A DNA stretch of 64,000 nucleotides from Candidatus Iainarchaeum sp. (GTDB taxonomy: Archaea; Iainarchaeota; Iainarchaeia; Iainarchaeales; JAAZKV01). Below the pieces are notes generated by a model. It did no database searches, was not told the DNA's origin, and saw only the letters and a list, made by a program, of their open reading frames with translations. Each line of letters starts with the position of its first letter. The stretch's first letter is position 1. The translations under genes and the position numbers were made by a program. The stretch covers positions 32,001-96,000 of the forward strand of contig JAPLVR010000003.1 in the NCBI GenBank assembly GCA_026397015.1, given 5' to 3'. This document shows, piece by piece, positions 49,201 to 57,673 of the stretch.

Positions 49201-50985
49201 CAGATCTGTAAGAGGCACATTTTCCTTCAAAACTTTTTCGGGAGATATTTTATACAACTGCAATGCGCCGTCCTGTGTCGCTTCAAATGTGGCAGAACTT
49301 GGATTTTTATACCAGCTCGCCCAGTTTCCTGTTCCATCTTTGTAACCAAACTGTTTCGTAATTTCTTTCATGTTAAAGGACTCGGAATCCGCCACCGAAA
49401 TAAATCCTTGATCGGGTAAGGAACCGTTCTTTCTCAATGACACCCCCTCAAAGCCAAAAAGAGAAGCCCTTTCTTGTGTCCACTCCGGGACATCGAGCCT
49501 CACATAATCATCCCACGCGTTGCCCATATCGGCAAGCCGCCTTCCAACATCAACCACTGCATCTTCGTACTGCTTTTTCAGCATTGCATCGGCAGGATTC
49601 GCCATATGCGCGGCATTTAATACATCAAGGGTTTTTCTCCACTCCGTTGCCGAAACATTGCTTGTCTTAACGTAAGAGTAAAGCGGCTGCAAATCATCAA
49701 AGAGCTTTTCTTTTTGCGTGGCGGTAAGCTTCATTATCGGCGAACCATCCTGCATTGCTTCGCTCACAAATCCGCCGGCACCGTTTGAAAATAATTTCTT
49801 GTTGATTGTCAAATCCTCAAGGATTTTTCCGAAGCCGTCCCTCTGAACATTAGGATAATATTGACTCATCTTTTCTATCCCGACTAATTGCGCAGGCGTT
49901 TCTTTTATTCCGCTTACCGTTTTTGAATACAAATTGTTGAGCTTGCTGAAAATGGTTTTTCCCTGAAGCTCGGGGAAAGTTCTTATTCCGACCGCTTTCA
50001 TCAGCTTTCCAGCCTGGCTCACGAGGGTCGGGCCGATATTGAAAACAACCAAGTCGGTTGAGAACCACGCGTTATAATATTTGTCAAATCTTGAATATGT
50101 GCTTATGGTACAATTGCTGTTGGTGCAACTGGTAGCGCTTTTTGCGGCGTAGCTCTCGGTCGCGATTGAATTTTTTATCTGATTGGAGGCAAGCACTTTT
50201 CCGACGGTAAAACCGTCCGCATTTACATCATCAATATTGCTCATTATCTTGGTTTGATCTTCGCTCGACAGATTCGCCTTAATTTTTTCAACCGGGTCTA
50301 AGATGGATTCTCCCGCACTCTTAAAATAAGAAGTGAAGCCGACGCCGCTTGTTCTGTACATTAATCCTTCACCATATATCTTGCAGTCCGCGGTCTTCAA
50401 ATCCTTGCATCTTCCAACCCTCAAAGTATCATCCAGAACAAATCCAATTCCCCACGGACCCTTTATGATATGGTTGGAAAAAAAGTTGAATCTGTCAGCA
50501 GGAGTCATCTCATTGTGCGGCTTGTTCGACACTGCATTCTTTCCGTCACTGCTTTCTCCAATAAGCATGAGGTCGTCAAGCTTCTTGCCCGGCTCATTAA
50601 CATCCTGGCCGTCGCCTATTTTTTTTCCGTTAAATCCGTCACTAGTAATGTTCATTATTGCCTTGGATTCTTTCGGCGTAAGGGAAGACATGACACATGC
50701 TTTGCCGTTCGAGTAATCGATTCCTTCAATATTTGAGGAACCCGGAGTGTTCGTGTCTGTTATAGGCACGTTGGTGTCGCTGGCGAGTGACGCCTTTTCC
50801 GCCAAAAAAGAATTCGAAATATCACTGCCATTTGTGCTATTTTCTTTTATACCGCCATAGTCACTGAAATCGCGCGCATACGCCGCGAATGCCGGCGAGC
50901 TCATGAAAAGTATCATTACAACGAATGCGGCGAAGAAGCCGCCGAAGAAATGTTTTGCGTTGCCTTCACGAACCATTACCCGCAC
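46294..50985 (-). CDS. Giant (1563 aa) secreted, C-terminally anchored protein of unknown function
   Basis: Signal peptide ...SSPAFA-AY, paired cysteines, an internal Gly-rich hydrophobic segment, and C-terminal PSVPG + TM + basic tail. Confidence 0.9.
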   Translation of the reverse strand: MRVMVREGNAKHFFGGFFAAFVVMILFMSSPAFAAYARDFSDYGGIKENSTNGSDISNSFLAEKASLASDTNVPITDTNTPGSSNIEGIDYSNGKACVMSSLTPKESKAIMNITSDGFNGKKIGDGQDVNEPGKKLDDLMLIGESSDGKNAVSNKPHNEMTPADRFNFFSNHIIKGPWGIGFVLDDTLRVGRCKDLKTADCKIYGEGLMYRTSGVGFTSYFKSAGESILDPVEKIKANLSSEDQTKIMSNIDDVNADGFTVGKVLASNQIKNSIATESYAAKSATSCTNSNCTISTYSRFDKYYNAWFSTDLVVFNIGPTLVSQAGKLMKAVGIRTFPELQGKTIFSKLNNLYSKTVSGIKETPAQLVGIEKMSQYYPNVQRDGFGKILEDLTINKKLFSNGAGGFVSEAMQDGSPIMKLTATQKEKLFDDLQPLYSYVKTSNVSATEWRKTLDVLNAAHMANPADAMLKKQYEDAVVDVGRRLADMGNAWDDYVRLDVPEWTQERASLFGFEGVSLRKNGSLPDQGFISVADSESFNMKEITKQFGYKDGTGNWASWYKNPSSATFEATQDGALQLYKISPEKVLKENVPLTDLERWVKTQGANQTAIRLNDGTLYPLTEDSLKTLATNPQLPPSITVYGAGYVPAQKLTPEQFANSIAQGRMMKRYNAAENNMKELMNAMAEKNFKPRRSASWLDKQFAAQENMLTEYFTQPLTGGLYKGTLLPIVYWNAKRGFGYEDISAYMLPDTWTKMDIVQGVDKIYRDSFIDFFANEGSDQGDMFAKVINWLPWKSMAVDKLAANNKTTSQIVSSISGEGGLGASLFGKNAIMRDSVKDLAFFSHNENCVDCVSNMQSEGDYLMFGGFRAPEKLQAFLVEAVDSEQKSKDGSTIVAYTHHSNIKGQSGDIEGGQINLVDGRTKSETCDQKLREIGIGWANLGMFGTASGGVLAGAENLAYFIHPGAGLLMSGIQQLALAPKLKDCVDDAEGYYIHFYMPPTEKYVAGKTKELISNETLTDTVSKFAENINDAVSKKSTDAASGGNLVSQAMDKLKNQFANFSEQAKKANLLQASMLLAPPNKGSLLGKDVFYIWYKDFTMAAGYPTEGKLVYTDGNNAVGIDNKTGEITYNGKVIVPSTKADNVRLATNPPDARIPGIVVPKTVTRVGAPETDAIVFEININGEVKVTYADVLSCIQKAVEEQVGIPFSGDELTQVFGKLESLKTADYSGIFIENGQISLEGLAPRQAAQGSDSKILIDGFWQTKLSTNGQLSQIGKFVSMNFEHGVIVLKPETNELIVWLRQHKDSVLDSKDVAGLTATKTSVIDPETQCPVPAIDFKALAYPNDDLGQMKVSNFNLSMDKLGPFTQFTTDKYIYEFYSKVDPVSGECKDYFRRRDKATGKILEDSEIVGGVDGIKQLDDGTLVFDTVDGKSHTLKFDAENGVPKLTYNNGTPETLLSAQGTNGSFWYDPNTGKWYPENGNIIPLNQGFKDNGVYFSGTDGKITGEGKNPMTFNVGSSTGSGMNIPSVPGTAAGLIIFVSVFLLVSFIFTRKAGAGRRTKKYRKV

Positions 50986-51558
50986 CTATAAAACTGCGCC
51001 CGAAGTAATTAATATTACTAACGGAATAGCCTTAATCTTGCCGTAAAACGTAAAAATGAACATGCCAAGCAAAGCCCAGTCGAAAAAGAACAAAACGAGG
51101 ACCAAAAACAGCGCCGCCGCGCCGAAAATTCCTATCAATTGCTTCAGCAATTTTGGGGAACGCGTTTTCTCCTGTACCGAAATTATCAGGCTTGCGACAA
51201 ACTCAAAGAACAAAAGCGCAAGCGCAATTACTACCGCTGAAAAAGCTATTCTTGCGCCGTCAAACAAAACAATCCCCATGTTTTCGAAAATAGTCAGTTG
51301 CGCTTCTTCGTCAACAGGAACTCCTCCGGCGGCGCCGATAAAAAGAAAGTAAAAATAAAAGAACATGAGCCACAGGAACACAACCGCAAAATTCAGCACA
51401 ACGCATGCCTTTATCCAGCTAAGGGAATGCTTTTTCATGAGCCTTTCAAGAAGCGGCTGGCCGAGTTTGTAAGCCACAAAGCCGATTACTCCGAGCGGAA
51501 CCAGCAGCACAAAAAAGTCTATAACCGCCTGAAAAAGGTTCATTGACAGGGGATCCAT
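50986..51558 (-). CDS. Hypothetical 4-5 TM membrane protein, abutting the giant-protein gene
   Basis: Strongly hydrophobic. Its stop codon is adjacent to the GTG at 50985. Confidence 0.8.
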   Translation of the reverse strand: MDPLSMNLFQAVIDFFVLLVPLGVIGFVAYKLGQPLLERLMKKHSLSWIKACVVLNFAVVFLWLMFFYFYFLFIGAAGGVPVDEEAQLTIFENMGIVLFDGARIAFSAVVIALALLFFEFVASLIISVQEKTRSPKLLKQLIGIFGAAALFLVLVLFFFDWALLGMFIFTFYGKIKAIPLVILITSGAVL

Positions 51559-51727
51559 CGTTCTCAAAAAAATTAATGCATATAGTAATATATAAGCGTT
51601 CCTTTGAGAGCCTGCGCTGTTTCAATTCGGGCGGATTTGCCGCGGCTCCGAAGGAAAAAACCAACAAAAAGTAATAAATACTCGCGCGCCCAAATAGTAT
51701 CAAAGTTTATTGTCCCAAAACAATTGA

Positions 51728-52375
51728 GTGGTTGCGTTGATTGATCTTTTGGTTTACTTGGTTTCTATTACAGGAAGCTTTTCGATAGGGTACTCCGTTT
51801 TGAGAATCGGCTGGCCGAAAACACAGGACAATTCGGCAATGGAAAAAATATGTTATGGTTTCGCACTCGGATTGCCGATTGTCGCAATCTCTGCCGCGGT
51901 TTCATTTAACTTTGGAATCAAATATTTCTTTTTTATGTTCGGTTCGCTTTACGCCCTCTTTGTCGCAGTCGCCCTTACAAGAAGGCTTTCCTTCGGGGAA
52001 AAGGATTCGGCAAAATTGCAGAAGAAAAAAAGAATCGAAACAATCCCTGAAAAAATACTTTCGAGCGACCAAAAATTTGAGCATTCAAAATACGGGGCGG
52101 GGGGGAAGGAACAGGTTTTTAAAGAAGAAAAAACAAATATATTCGCGGACTTGAAGCAGCGTGTCAGGAACTTCCAGCACGCGAGGGAAGAGGAGAAAAA
52201 AAAGGCGTTGGCGCGGCTGAAAGAAGCGGCAATGGAAACACTGAAAAGAGATGAGGCGGCGAACAAAAAAATGAAAAACAGCGGAAGCAAAAAAGTTGGC
52301 ATGGGAGAGGACGACGAAACCATTGGAGAGGACATCAACGTGGCTGAATTGGAAAAAATCAACGACTTTGAATAA
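51728..52375 (+). CDS. Hypothetical protein: 3 N-terminal TMs plus a charged cytoplasmic tail
   Basis: Hydrophobic first ~85 aa, then K/E-rich coiled coil. Confidence 0.75.
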   Translation: MVALIDLLVYLVSITGSFSIGYSVLRIGWPKTQDNSAMEKICYGFALGLPIVAISAAVSFNFGIKYFFFMFGSLYALFVAVALTRRLSFGEKDSAKLQKKKRIETIPEKILSSDQKFEHSKYGAGGKEQVFKEEKTNIFADLKQRVRNFQHAREEEKKKALARLKEAAMETLKRDEAANKKMKNSGSKKVGMGEDDETIGEDINVAELEKINDFE

Positions 52376-52422
52376 ATTTTGCAAAAATTTTTATTGGTAT
52401 TTTTTGTTGGCAGGATTGATTT

Positions 52423-53316
52423 GTGATGGACAGGGTTCCGAGAAGGTTGCGCAGGTTTTACAGGCCTGTTGAAAAAAAATATGGGGATGGGGGGCACAGG
52501 CAGGGCTCCGGCCGGGATGAAAATGATTATTACGGAATCGATGCGGATTACAAAGATGTTTCATCATACACTTCGCCTGAAAGGCAGCAACTGGGGAGCA
52601 TTCCTACTATGAATTATGAAGATTTGGAAATAGACCCGAAAAATTACCGCGAACTCAAAAAATTTGAGCAGAAAAAAAAGGAAGAGGAACTGGCGCTTCT
52701 GGAAATAAACAGGTTCAAGGAAACTCACAACAGGCTTCCAAGCAAGGAGGAGGCGGAGCAGATAGCGGAAAACATTTATTCGCAGCTGAAGGAAAGTGAT
52801 GTGTCGGAACTCTATCCTGCAAGCGAAGAGGAAAACGGGGGAGAATCAAATGAGGCGGGCGGAAGAAAGGGCTGGCGCGAGAGAAGACTTAGAAAGGACA
52901 GACAGAAGAGAGATTCAAAAGAAGCTGAAGGAGAAGAAATGAAAATACCTATGGCGCTGCAAACACCGCAGTCGGCTGAGCCGATAAAAAATATAAAGGC
53001 TTTGCTTGAAGACGAATCGTTTGACTTAAAAGAAAAAGGCGGTCCAAAAAAAGGCGGCAAAAAAAGCGTGGAAGAATTCGATTTGGATGAAGATTTTGGG
53101 GAGGAAAGCGACGAACTTGATTTGGGAGAAGCCGAAGAGGCGGTATCGATAGAAAAGCTTGACAAGAAAGGAAGTTCCTGCCCGAACTGCAAAGCAAAAA
53201 CGGAAAAAATAATTTATTGCCCGAAATGCGGAAAGGCTTACTGTTCAAAATGCGCGGCTTCATGCGCGGAAGGAAAATATTCCTGTCCGGACTGCGGAAC
53301 AAAAACAAAAATCTGA
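52423..53316 (+). CDS. Acidic, largely disordered protein with C-terminal zinc ribbons
   Basis: E/D-rich middle. CPNC, CPKC, CSKC and CPDC at the C-terminus. Confidence 0.8.
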   Translation: MMDRVPRRLRRFYRPVEKKYGDGGHRQGSGRDENDYYGIDADYKDVSSYTSPERQQLGSIPTMNYEDLEIDPKNYRELKKFEQKKKEEELALLEINRFKETHNRLPSKEEAEQIAENIYSQLKESDVSELYPASEEENGGESNEAGGRKGWRERRLRKDRQKRDSKEAEGEEMKIPMALQTPQSAEPIKNIKALLEDESFDLKEKGGPKKGGKKSVEEFDLDEDFGEESDELDLGEAEEAVSIEKLDKKGSSCPNCKAKTEKIIYCPKCGKAYCSKCAASCAEGKYSCPDCGTKTKI

Positions 53317-53331
53317 TTCAAAAAAATCTAT

Positions 53332-54120
53332 TTACTCATAATCAGTTTTAGGAATCAGCGCACAATTGAAATCGGCTTTGTTGGCTGCTGAATCCAAGCC
53401 CCACAAATTGTTTACGTCCTTTGAAATCCACAAATCCAGCGACATTATGTAATTAGCGCCAACTCCGGTGACTGCGCTTAGGTCTTTGCTCGTTCCCTTG
53501 TCCAGAAAAACTTTGCTTGTTGCAGAATCAACCTTTCCAACGTATGGAAAAACCTTGTCTTTTAGTATGCCTGGCGAAGCTGGAATGCAATAATACATTC
53601 TTCTCTCGCTCCCGACAATATTTCCGGAACTATCTTTCTCGCATTCAGTTCCGGACTTCTTGCATTCATGAACCCCCATAAGCAGAAATAAAAATTTCTG
53701 CGAATCTTCCTGAAACAAATAAAATGCATAATCGACGGAGTGCTCGAAAGGTTTCATTACGGAATGAACAGTATTGGCAATCGCCTTTCTTGTGGCGCTG
53801 TTCAGCGACGGGTTCTGATTGCCGCTGCTCTCCGCGTAATCCTCCTTTATCATGGCCAACAAATAATCATATTGGGGGTTATCGCCGGTTAGCGAATAGA
53901 TGCTTGTACCGTCGCGCATCACATTTACATAAGCAATTACTTTCAGCGTGTCCATCGCAAAATCGCCGGAATAAAAAGAATTTATCTGCTCTTCGACTGT
54001 CGCACCGTAATTAATCAAAAAATAAAATAAGAGCGTGCAAATCATCGAAACTATTGCAAGAAAAAATAAGGAATCCGTAAGAGCAGCCTGCCCGCCCTCA
54101 TCCCTTCCAAAATAAGTCAT
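53332..54120 (-). CDS. Minor pilin-like protein (class III signal peptide)
   Basis: GG|QAALTDSLFFLAIV hydrophobic helix after a GQ cleavage motif. ATGA-coupled to the upstream gene. Confidence 0.75.
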   Translation of the reverse strand: MTYFGRDEGGQAALTDSLFFLAIVSMICTLLFYFLINYGATVEEQINSFYSGDFAMDTLKVIAYVNVMRDGTSIYSLTGDNPQYDYLLAMIKEDYAESSGNQNPSLNSATRKAIANTVHSVMKPFEHSVDYAFYLFQEDSQKFLFLLMGVHECKKSGTECEKDSSGNIVGSERRMYYCIPASPGILKDKVFPYVGKVDSATSKVFLDKGTSKDLSAVTGVGANYIMSLDLWISKDVNNLWGLDSAANKADFNCALIPKTDYE

Positions 54121-54743
54121 TCCCAAACCACCATCGCCATTATCGCGGGCGCAATCACGCTGTGATTTCCAATGATTTTAGTCTGAACCGCAACAGGATA
54201 AAAACGGACTATGTAATTTTTTTGGGAACAGCTGAATTTCTTGGAGCCAAATTTTACATAATCACAAAAATATCTGCACTTCGGATCCGCGCCCGGCCCT
54301 ACGACGCTGCTTTCACAACCCGCATATTCCGAATCCACAAGAAGGTCTTCTTCGTTGAAAGATTCGTCTGTTCCGCTTTCACAATTTATTATGTTTGAAA
54401 GCTCGTCACCGGGGGAATTTCCTTTTATAAGATAAATGCCGACCATGAAATTGTACGGGCTTTGCTGAACCCTTATCCTGTCACACCTCGTTTTGAACTG
54501 GCTCAAACTCAGGAGGAGCGAATCGCCTTTCAACTGTCTTGAAATCGAAATAAGATTTATTTTCTCGTTAAGAATTTCGTTTTTTGTTTCATAGTTGTTG
54601 AGCGTCGCGGAAAAAACCGTGAAAAAAAGCAGAAGTGCGAAAACAATCGGAATCAGCGAAGGAAGGTCATCGCCTATCGCACCGATAAACCCCCTGCACG
54701 GGGAAAAAAATTTTTTAAAAAAACCTCTTTCCAATTTTTCCAT
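54117..54743 (-). CDS. Minor pilin-like protein (class III-like signal)
   Basis: CRG|FIGAIGDDLPSLIPIVFALLLFF followed by a Cys-containing globular domain. Confidence 0.7.
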   Translation of the reverse strand: MEKLERGFFKKFFSPCRGFIGAIGDDLPSLIPIVFALLLFFTVFSATLNNYETKNEILNEKINLISISRQLKGDSLLLSLSQFKTRCDRIRVQQSPYNFMVGIYLIKGNSPGDELSNIINCESGTDESFNEEDLLVDSEYAGCESSVVGPGADPKCRYFCDYVKFGSKKFSCSQKNYIVRFYPVAVQTKIIGNHSVIAPAIMAMVVWE

Positions 54744-54800
54744 CTACATCGCCCACATAACCAAAATTTTTTATAATTTTTTTCATTCGTTTTTGCCAGA

Positions 54801-54898
54801 CTTTTTTATTCCATCCATTCCCTATTTTTTTATCCAACCAACCGCCTATTTTTTGTTTGTTTCACCTTTCATCTTTTTTATCCCACCAGGCCCCTATC
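54801..54898. repeat. Three degenerate ~25-bp copies of the 3' end of the 54878-55612 gene
   Basis: Minus strand: ATAGGGGCCTGGTGGGATAAAAAA / ATAGGCGGTTGGTTGGATAAAAAA / ATAGGGAATGGATGGAATAAAAAA. Confidence 0.55.
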
Positions 54899-55612
54899 AA
54901 TGCATTTCTGAAAATTATTAGCTTTCTGCACAGCTTCGTCTTCAAGCAGGGAATTTACAAAACATCCCGAAATCGGGGTGTTGGGTGCAGGATTTTGTCC
55001 GCTAGAATTTATTTTATAGCAGCCGACTTTCAGCACAGCTAACTCGCAATCCATGTTTATCGAGCTGGTGCAAGGGATTATATAAATGGTTTTATTTTTG
55101 TTTGAAACTTCTTTTACTATTGCATACGCATCCATCGGTATTTCCGCACGCGAAAAAATTGTTATTGAATCAAGGCCGTAATCCGCCGCGCTGAGATTTC
55201 TTCTTTCGGTGGAAACATCAGGGCCCACAAGAATTATTTCCGCGTCAGTCACAACACTTTGGGAGGCAATAACGGTTTTACTCTTCCTTTTGTTGATTGA
55301 CAAAACAAGCTCGTTTTTTTTGGGAACATTTGCAGAGCCCTCAAAAATCTGCACCTTTGTAAAATTGATTTCATAAAGAATGCTTTCCTTCAAACCGTAC
55401 CTTAAATAATCGGGGATTCCTACTGATTTGGTCGAGCACATCCCTTCCTGTTCAATTTGTTGCTGGATTGTTAATGCGTTCTTCTGAAGAAGATTTGTGG
55501 CCGCAACTGTCATGTCCCTGTACTCGATGAAGTTCATGAATGCCAGCGCTATTACGAAAATGCCCGTGGCAAAAAGAAGCATATTCATTTTGCTTAAAAT
55601 AAAGCTGAGCAT
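54878..55612 (-). CDS. Pilin-like protein with an uncleaved N-terminal TM helix
   Basis: MLSFILSKMNMLLFATGIFVIALAF followed by an amphipathic helix and a Cys-rich C-terminus. Lies within the pilin run. Confidence 0.7.
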   Translation of the reverse strand: MLSFILSKMNMLLFATGIFVIALAFMNFIEYRDMTVAATNLLQKNALTIQQQIEQEGMCSTKSVGIPDYLRYGLKESILYEINFTKVQIFEGSANVPKKNELVLSINKRKSKTVIASQSVVTDAEIILVGPDVSTERRNLSAADYGLDSITIFSRAEIPMDAYAIVKEVSNKNKTIYIIPCTSSINMDCELAVLKVGCYKINSSGQNPAPNTPISGCFVNSLLEDEAVQKANNFQKCIDRGLVG

Positions 55613-55618
55613 TTTTTA

Positions 55619-56248
55619 TCACGGCCTGTAATAAATGCACACTCTCGGAGTTTCTTCCCCCACAGTTGAAACATTCTTGAAAATGTAAGTGCCTGATTTA
55701 AGCAGCGGCTGCCCCTCGTTCACAATAGTTGAGCCCGGACGAATGCTTGTAAGCTCGGGAGACACAAGTGTATATGGAATGCCGCCTTCGGTAACAACTG
55801 GGCAGGGATCTCCCAAGTTAGTTTCAAAACTTGTGAATTCCGGAATGTTGATGCATTTTCTTATCAGGCCGTCCGGAATGTCCGCCGTGTAAAAAACCAT
55901 TATGTGACAACGCTCGGATGGTGTTCCACAAACCGCGTTGCAATTGGCTGAACTGCTCGCGCTGGCCTTCTCGACCTGAATTCCGATTGTGGCTTTGTTT
56001 TCATTGAAACATTTGTCAAGGGTGAACGCAAATTTGCTGTTGCTTCTGTAATCGGCGGTGTTGTGAAGGTTTGAAATAAATTTTTCAATCTCCTTATCGT
56101 TATTATTTTTGCACACCTGCATTTGAATCTGCCCAAGAAGGGATGTTCCAATAATTACCACAAATCCCATTATTACAACCGCGACAAGGAGTTCAAAGGG
56201 CGCGCTCACCTGACCGCGCTGGCTTTTTTTCTTAGAGCAGTTTTTCAA
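55619..56248 (-). CDS. Type IV pilin-like protein (class III signal peptide)
   Basis: KKKSQRG|QVSAPFELLVAVVIMGFVVIIG. Confidence 0.85.
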   Translation of the reverse strand: MKNCSKKKSQRGQVSAPFELLVAVVIMGFVVIIGTSLLGQIQMQVCKNNNDKEIEKFISNLHNTADYRSNSKFAFTLDKCFNENKATIGIQVEKASASSSANCNAVCGTPSERCHIMVFYTADIPDGLIRKCINIPEFTSFETNLGDPCPVVTEGGIPYTLVSPELTSIRPGSTIVNEGQPLLKSGTYIFKNVSTVGEETPRVCIYYRP

Positions 56249-56256
56249 TAAACCAC

Positions 56257-56442
56257 CTAACTTGAATTTGTGCCCGTATTTGTAGTCTTTGGAATATTTT
56301 TCTGCGCCTGCTGGAACATCGGCTTTGCAATTAAAATCAGGAGCAGCGCGACTATCGCGAAAACAAGTATCAAATAAACGGCGCCAAAATCCGAGGAAGC
56401 GCCTTCCTCGCGGAACAATTCCTTAATCCTCTTGAAGCCCAT
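56257..56442 (-). CDS. Small Flp-like pilin (61 aa)
   Basis: LFREEG|ASSDFGAVYLILVFAIVALLLIL and a very short tail. Confidence 0.7.
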   Translation of the reverse strand: MGFKRIKELFREEGASSDFGAVYLILVFAIVALLLILIAKPMFQQAQKNIPKTTNTGTNSS

Positions 56443-56456
56443 GAAAAAACAATGGA

Positions 56457-56486
56457 GAAAGAAGTATATAAGTTTATACTTCTTTC
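56457..56486. promoter_or_regulatory. Perfect 12-bp inverted repeat overlapping a TATA box
   Basis: GAAAGAAGTATA-N6-TATACTTCTTTC. Minus-strand TTATATA lies ~23 nt before ATG 56442. Confidence 0.6.
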
Positions 56487-56501
56487 AAAAAGCAATTTGA
56501 T

Positions 56502-57005
56502 TTAAGCGCGCTTTATCATTACTAAACAACACGGCTGATGTTCTGATTCTGTGCAAAGTTCAATAGGGTCCACACTCGTTGCAGTGCCCAAAACCTCTAA
56601 ACTTTCTTTCAAAGAAGCCCCCGTAGTTTCACAGTTTACAAGGGCTTTAAATTCCATTTCTGTTACACCAAGATACTTGAAATAAGACCAATCGGCACCA
56701 ACAATTTTAGCTTCAATTAACGCTTCTCCAACCGACTTATCAACATCAAAAACTATCGAGTGTTGATCGGTGGGTGCAAATTGTTTACTTGTAAGACTCA
56801 CATCTTTGTCTAACCAAAAATTTTGGCTGGTTTGCGAACCGCCAGTTTTAGCAGCTTCCAATGCATTTGATATTGATTTTTTTGCTTCCATTCCTAGTTT
56901 ATCTCCGCCAGTAATCATCGGCAGCAAAACAAAAAGAATAGCAACCGCTACAATCGCGGCTATTAACAATTCGAACACACTAAAAGCTTGCCCTTTGTTG
57001 TTCAT
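56502..57005 (-). CDS. Type IV pilin (probable major pilin, paralog 1)
   Basis: MNNKG|QAFSVFELLIAAIVAVAILFVL and C-terminal QPCC..KRA. Confidence 0.88.
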   Translation of the reverse strand: MNNKGQAFSVFELLIAAIVAVAILFVLLPMITGGDKLGMEAKKSISNALEAAKTGGSQTSQNFWLDKDVSLTSKQFAPTDQHSIVFDVDKSVGEALIEAKIVGADWSYFKYLGVTEMEFKALVNCETTGASLKESLEVLGTATSVDPIELCTESEHQPCCLVMIKRA

Positions 57006-57015
57006 CCAAACACCT

Positions 57016-57546
57016 TTATGCCCTCTTCAATATCACAATGCAACATGGCTGGTAATCGCCTTCGGTGCAAAGATCGACCGGCGTGCCAGGCGCGTAGTAG
57101 TCAAGCCCTGAACTAACAAGTGGTTCGAGAGTTTCTTCAAGCGACAGTCCGGTTGACTCACAGTAAACAGTTGCTTTTGCTTTCATTTGAACAGCCTGCT
57201 TGTAAACGAATTGTGAAAATCCATTTGAAAAAGTGTCGGGTATGTCTATTATCGCATCATCTATAGAGGTAATTTTTGCAAAAATAACCGAATGAGGATC
57301 GAAGCCTTCCTTTTGGAATTGCTTGCTTGTCAATGTCTCATCTTTTTTCAACGCGAAATCCTGGCTGGTTTGCGAACCACCGTTCTTTACCGCGTTCAAA
57401 GTGTTCGCAATGTTGTCCCTCGCAGAACCCGTAGGGGTAATAAGATTGTTAATAATCGGCAATAAAACGAATAAAATGGCAACCGCAATTATTGCGGCAA
57501 TCATCAGCTCAAAAACACTAAATGCCTGTCCTCTCTGGTTCAACAA
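57016..57546 (-). CDS. Type IV pilin (probable major pilin, paralog 2)
   Basis: NQRG|QAFSVFELMIAAIIAVAILFVL. Shares GGSQTSQ, LTSKQF and QPCC..KRA with paralog 1. Confidence 0.88.
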   Translation of the reverse strand: MLNQRGQAFSVFELMIAAIIAVAILFVLLPIINNLITPTGSARDNIANTLNAVKNGGSQTSQDFALKKDETLTSKQFQKEGFDPHSVIFAKITSIDDAIIDIPDTFSNGFSQFVYKQAVQMKAKATVYCESTGLSLEETLEPLVSSGLDYYAPGTPVDLCTEGDYQPCCIVILKRA

Positions 57547-57587
57547 AAACCACCACCTGAACTAAGAAACGACTAAGTAATATTTAA

Positions 57588-57658
57588 ACCTTGCTTTCAA
57601 CTCTTTGGATGGCAATAACGACACCTTGCCTTCAACTTTTTGGGCGGACAATAACGAC
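57588..57658. repeat. Tandem 35/36-bp direct repeat abutting the pilin promoter
   Basis: ACCTTGCTTTCAACTCTTTGGATGG-CAATAACGAC / ACCTTGCCTTCAACTTTTTGGGCGGACAATAACGAC (31/36 identical). The minus-strand TTTAAATA box lies immediately downstream. Confidence 0.8.
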
Positions 57659-57673
57659 TCATTCAAAAAATGT

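Noticed and set aside
51619-51628. GTTTCAATTC, resembling a CRISPR repeat end
   Set aside because: It is a single isolated occurrence with no periodic array.
57588-57658. Possible mini-CRISPR (36-bp repeats)
   Set aside because: Only two copies, head-to-tail with no spacer, and no cas genes in the window.
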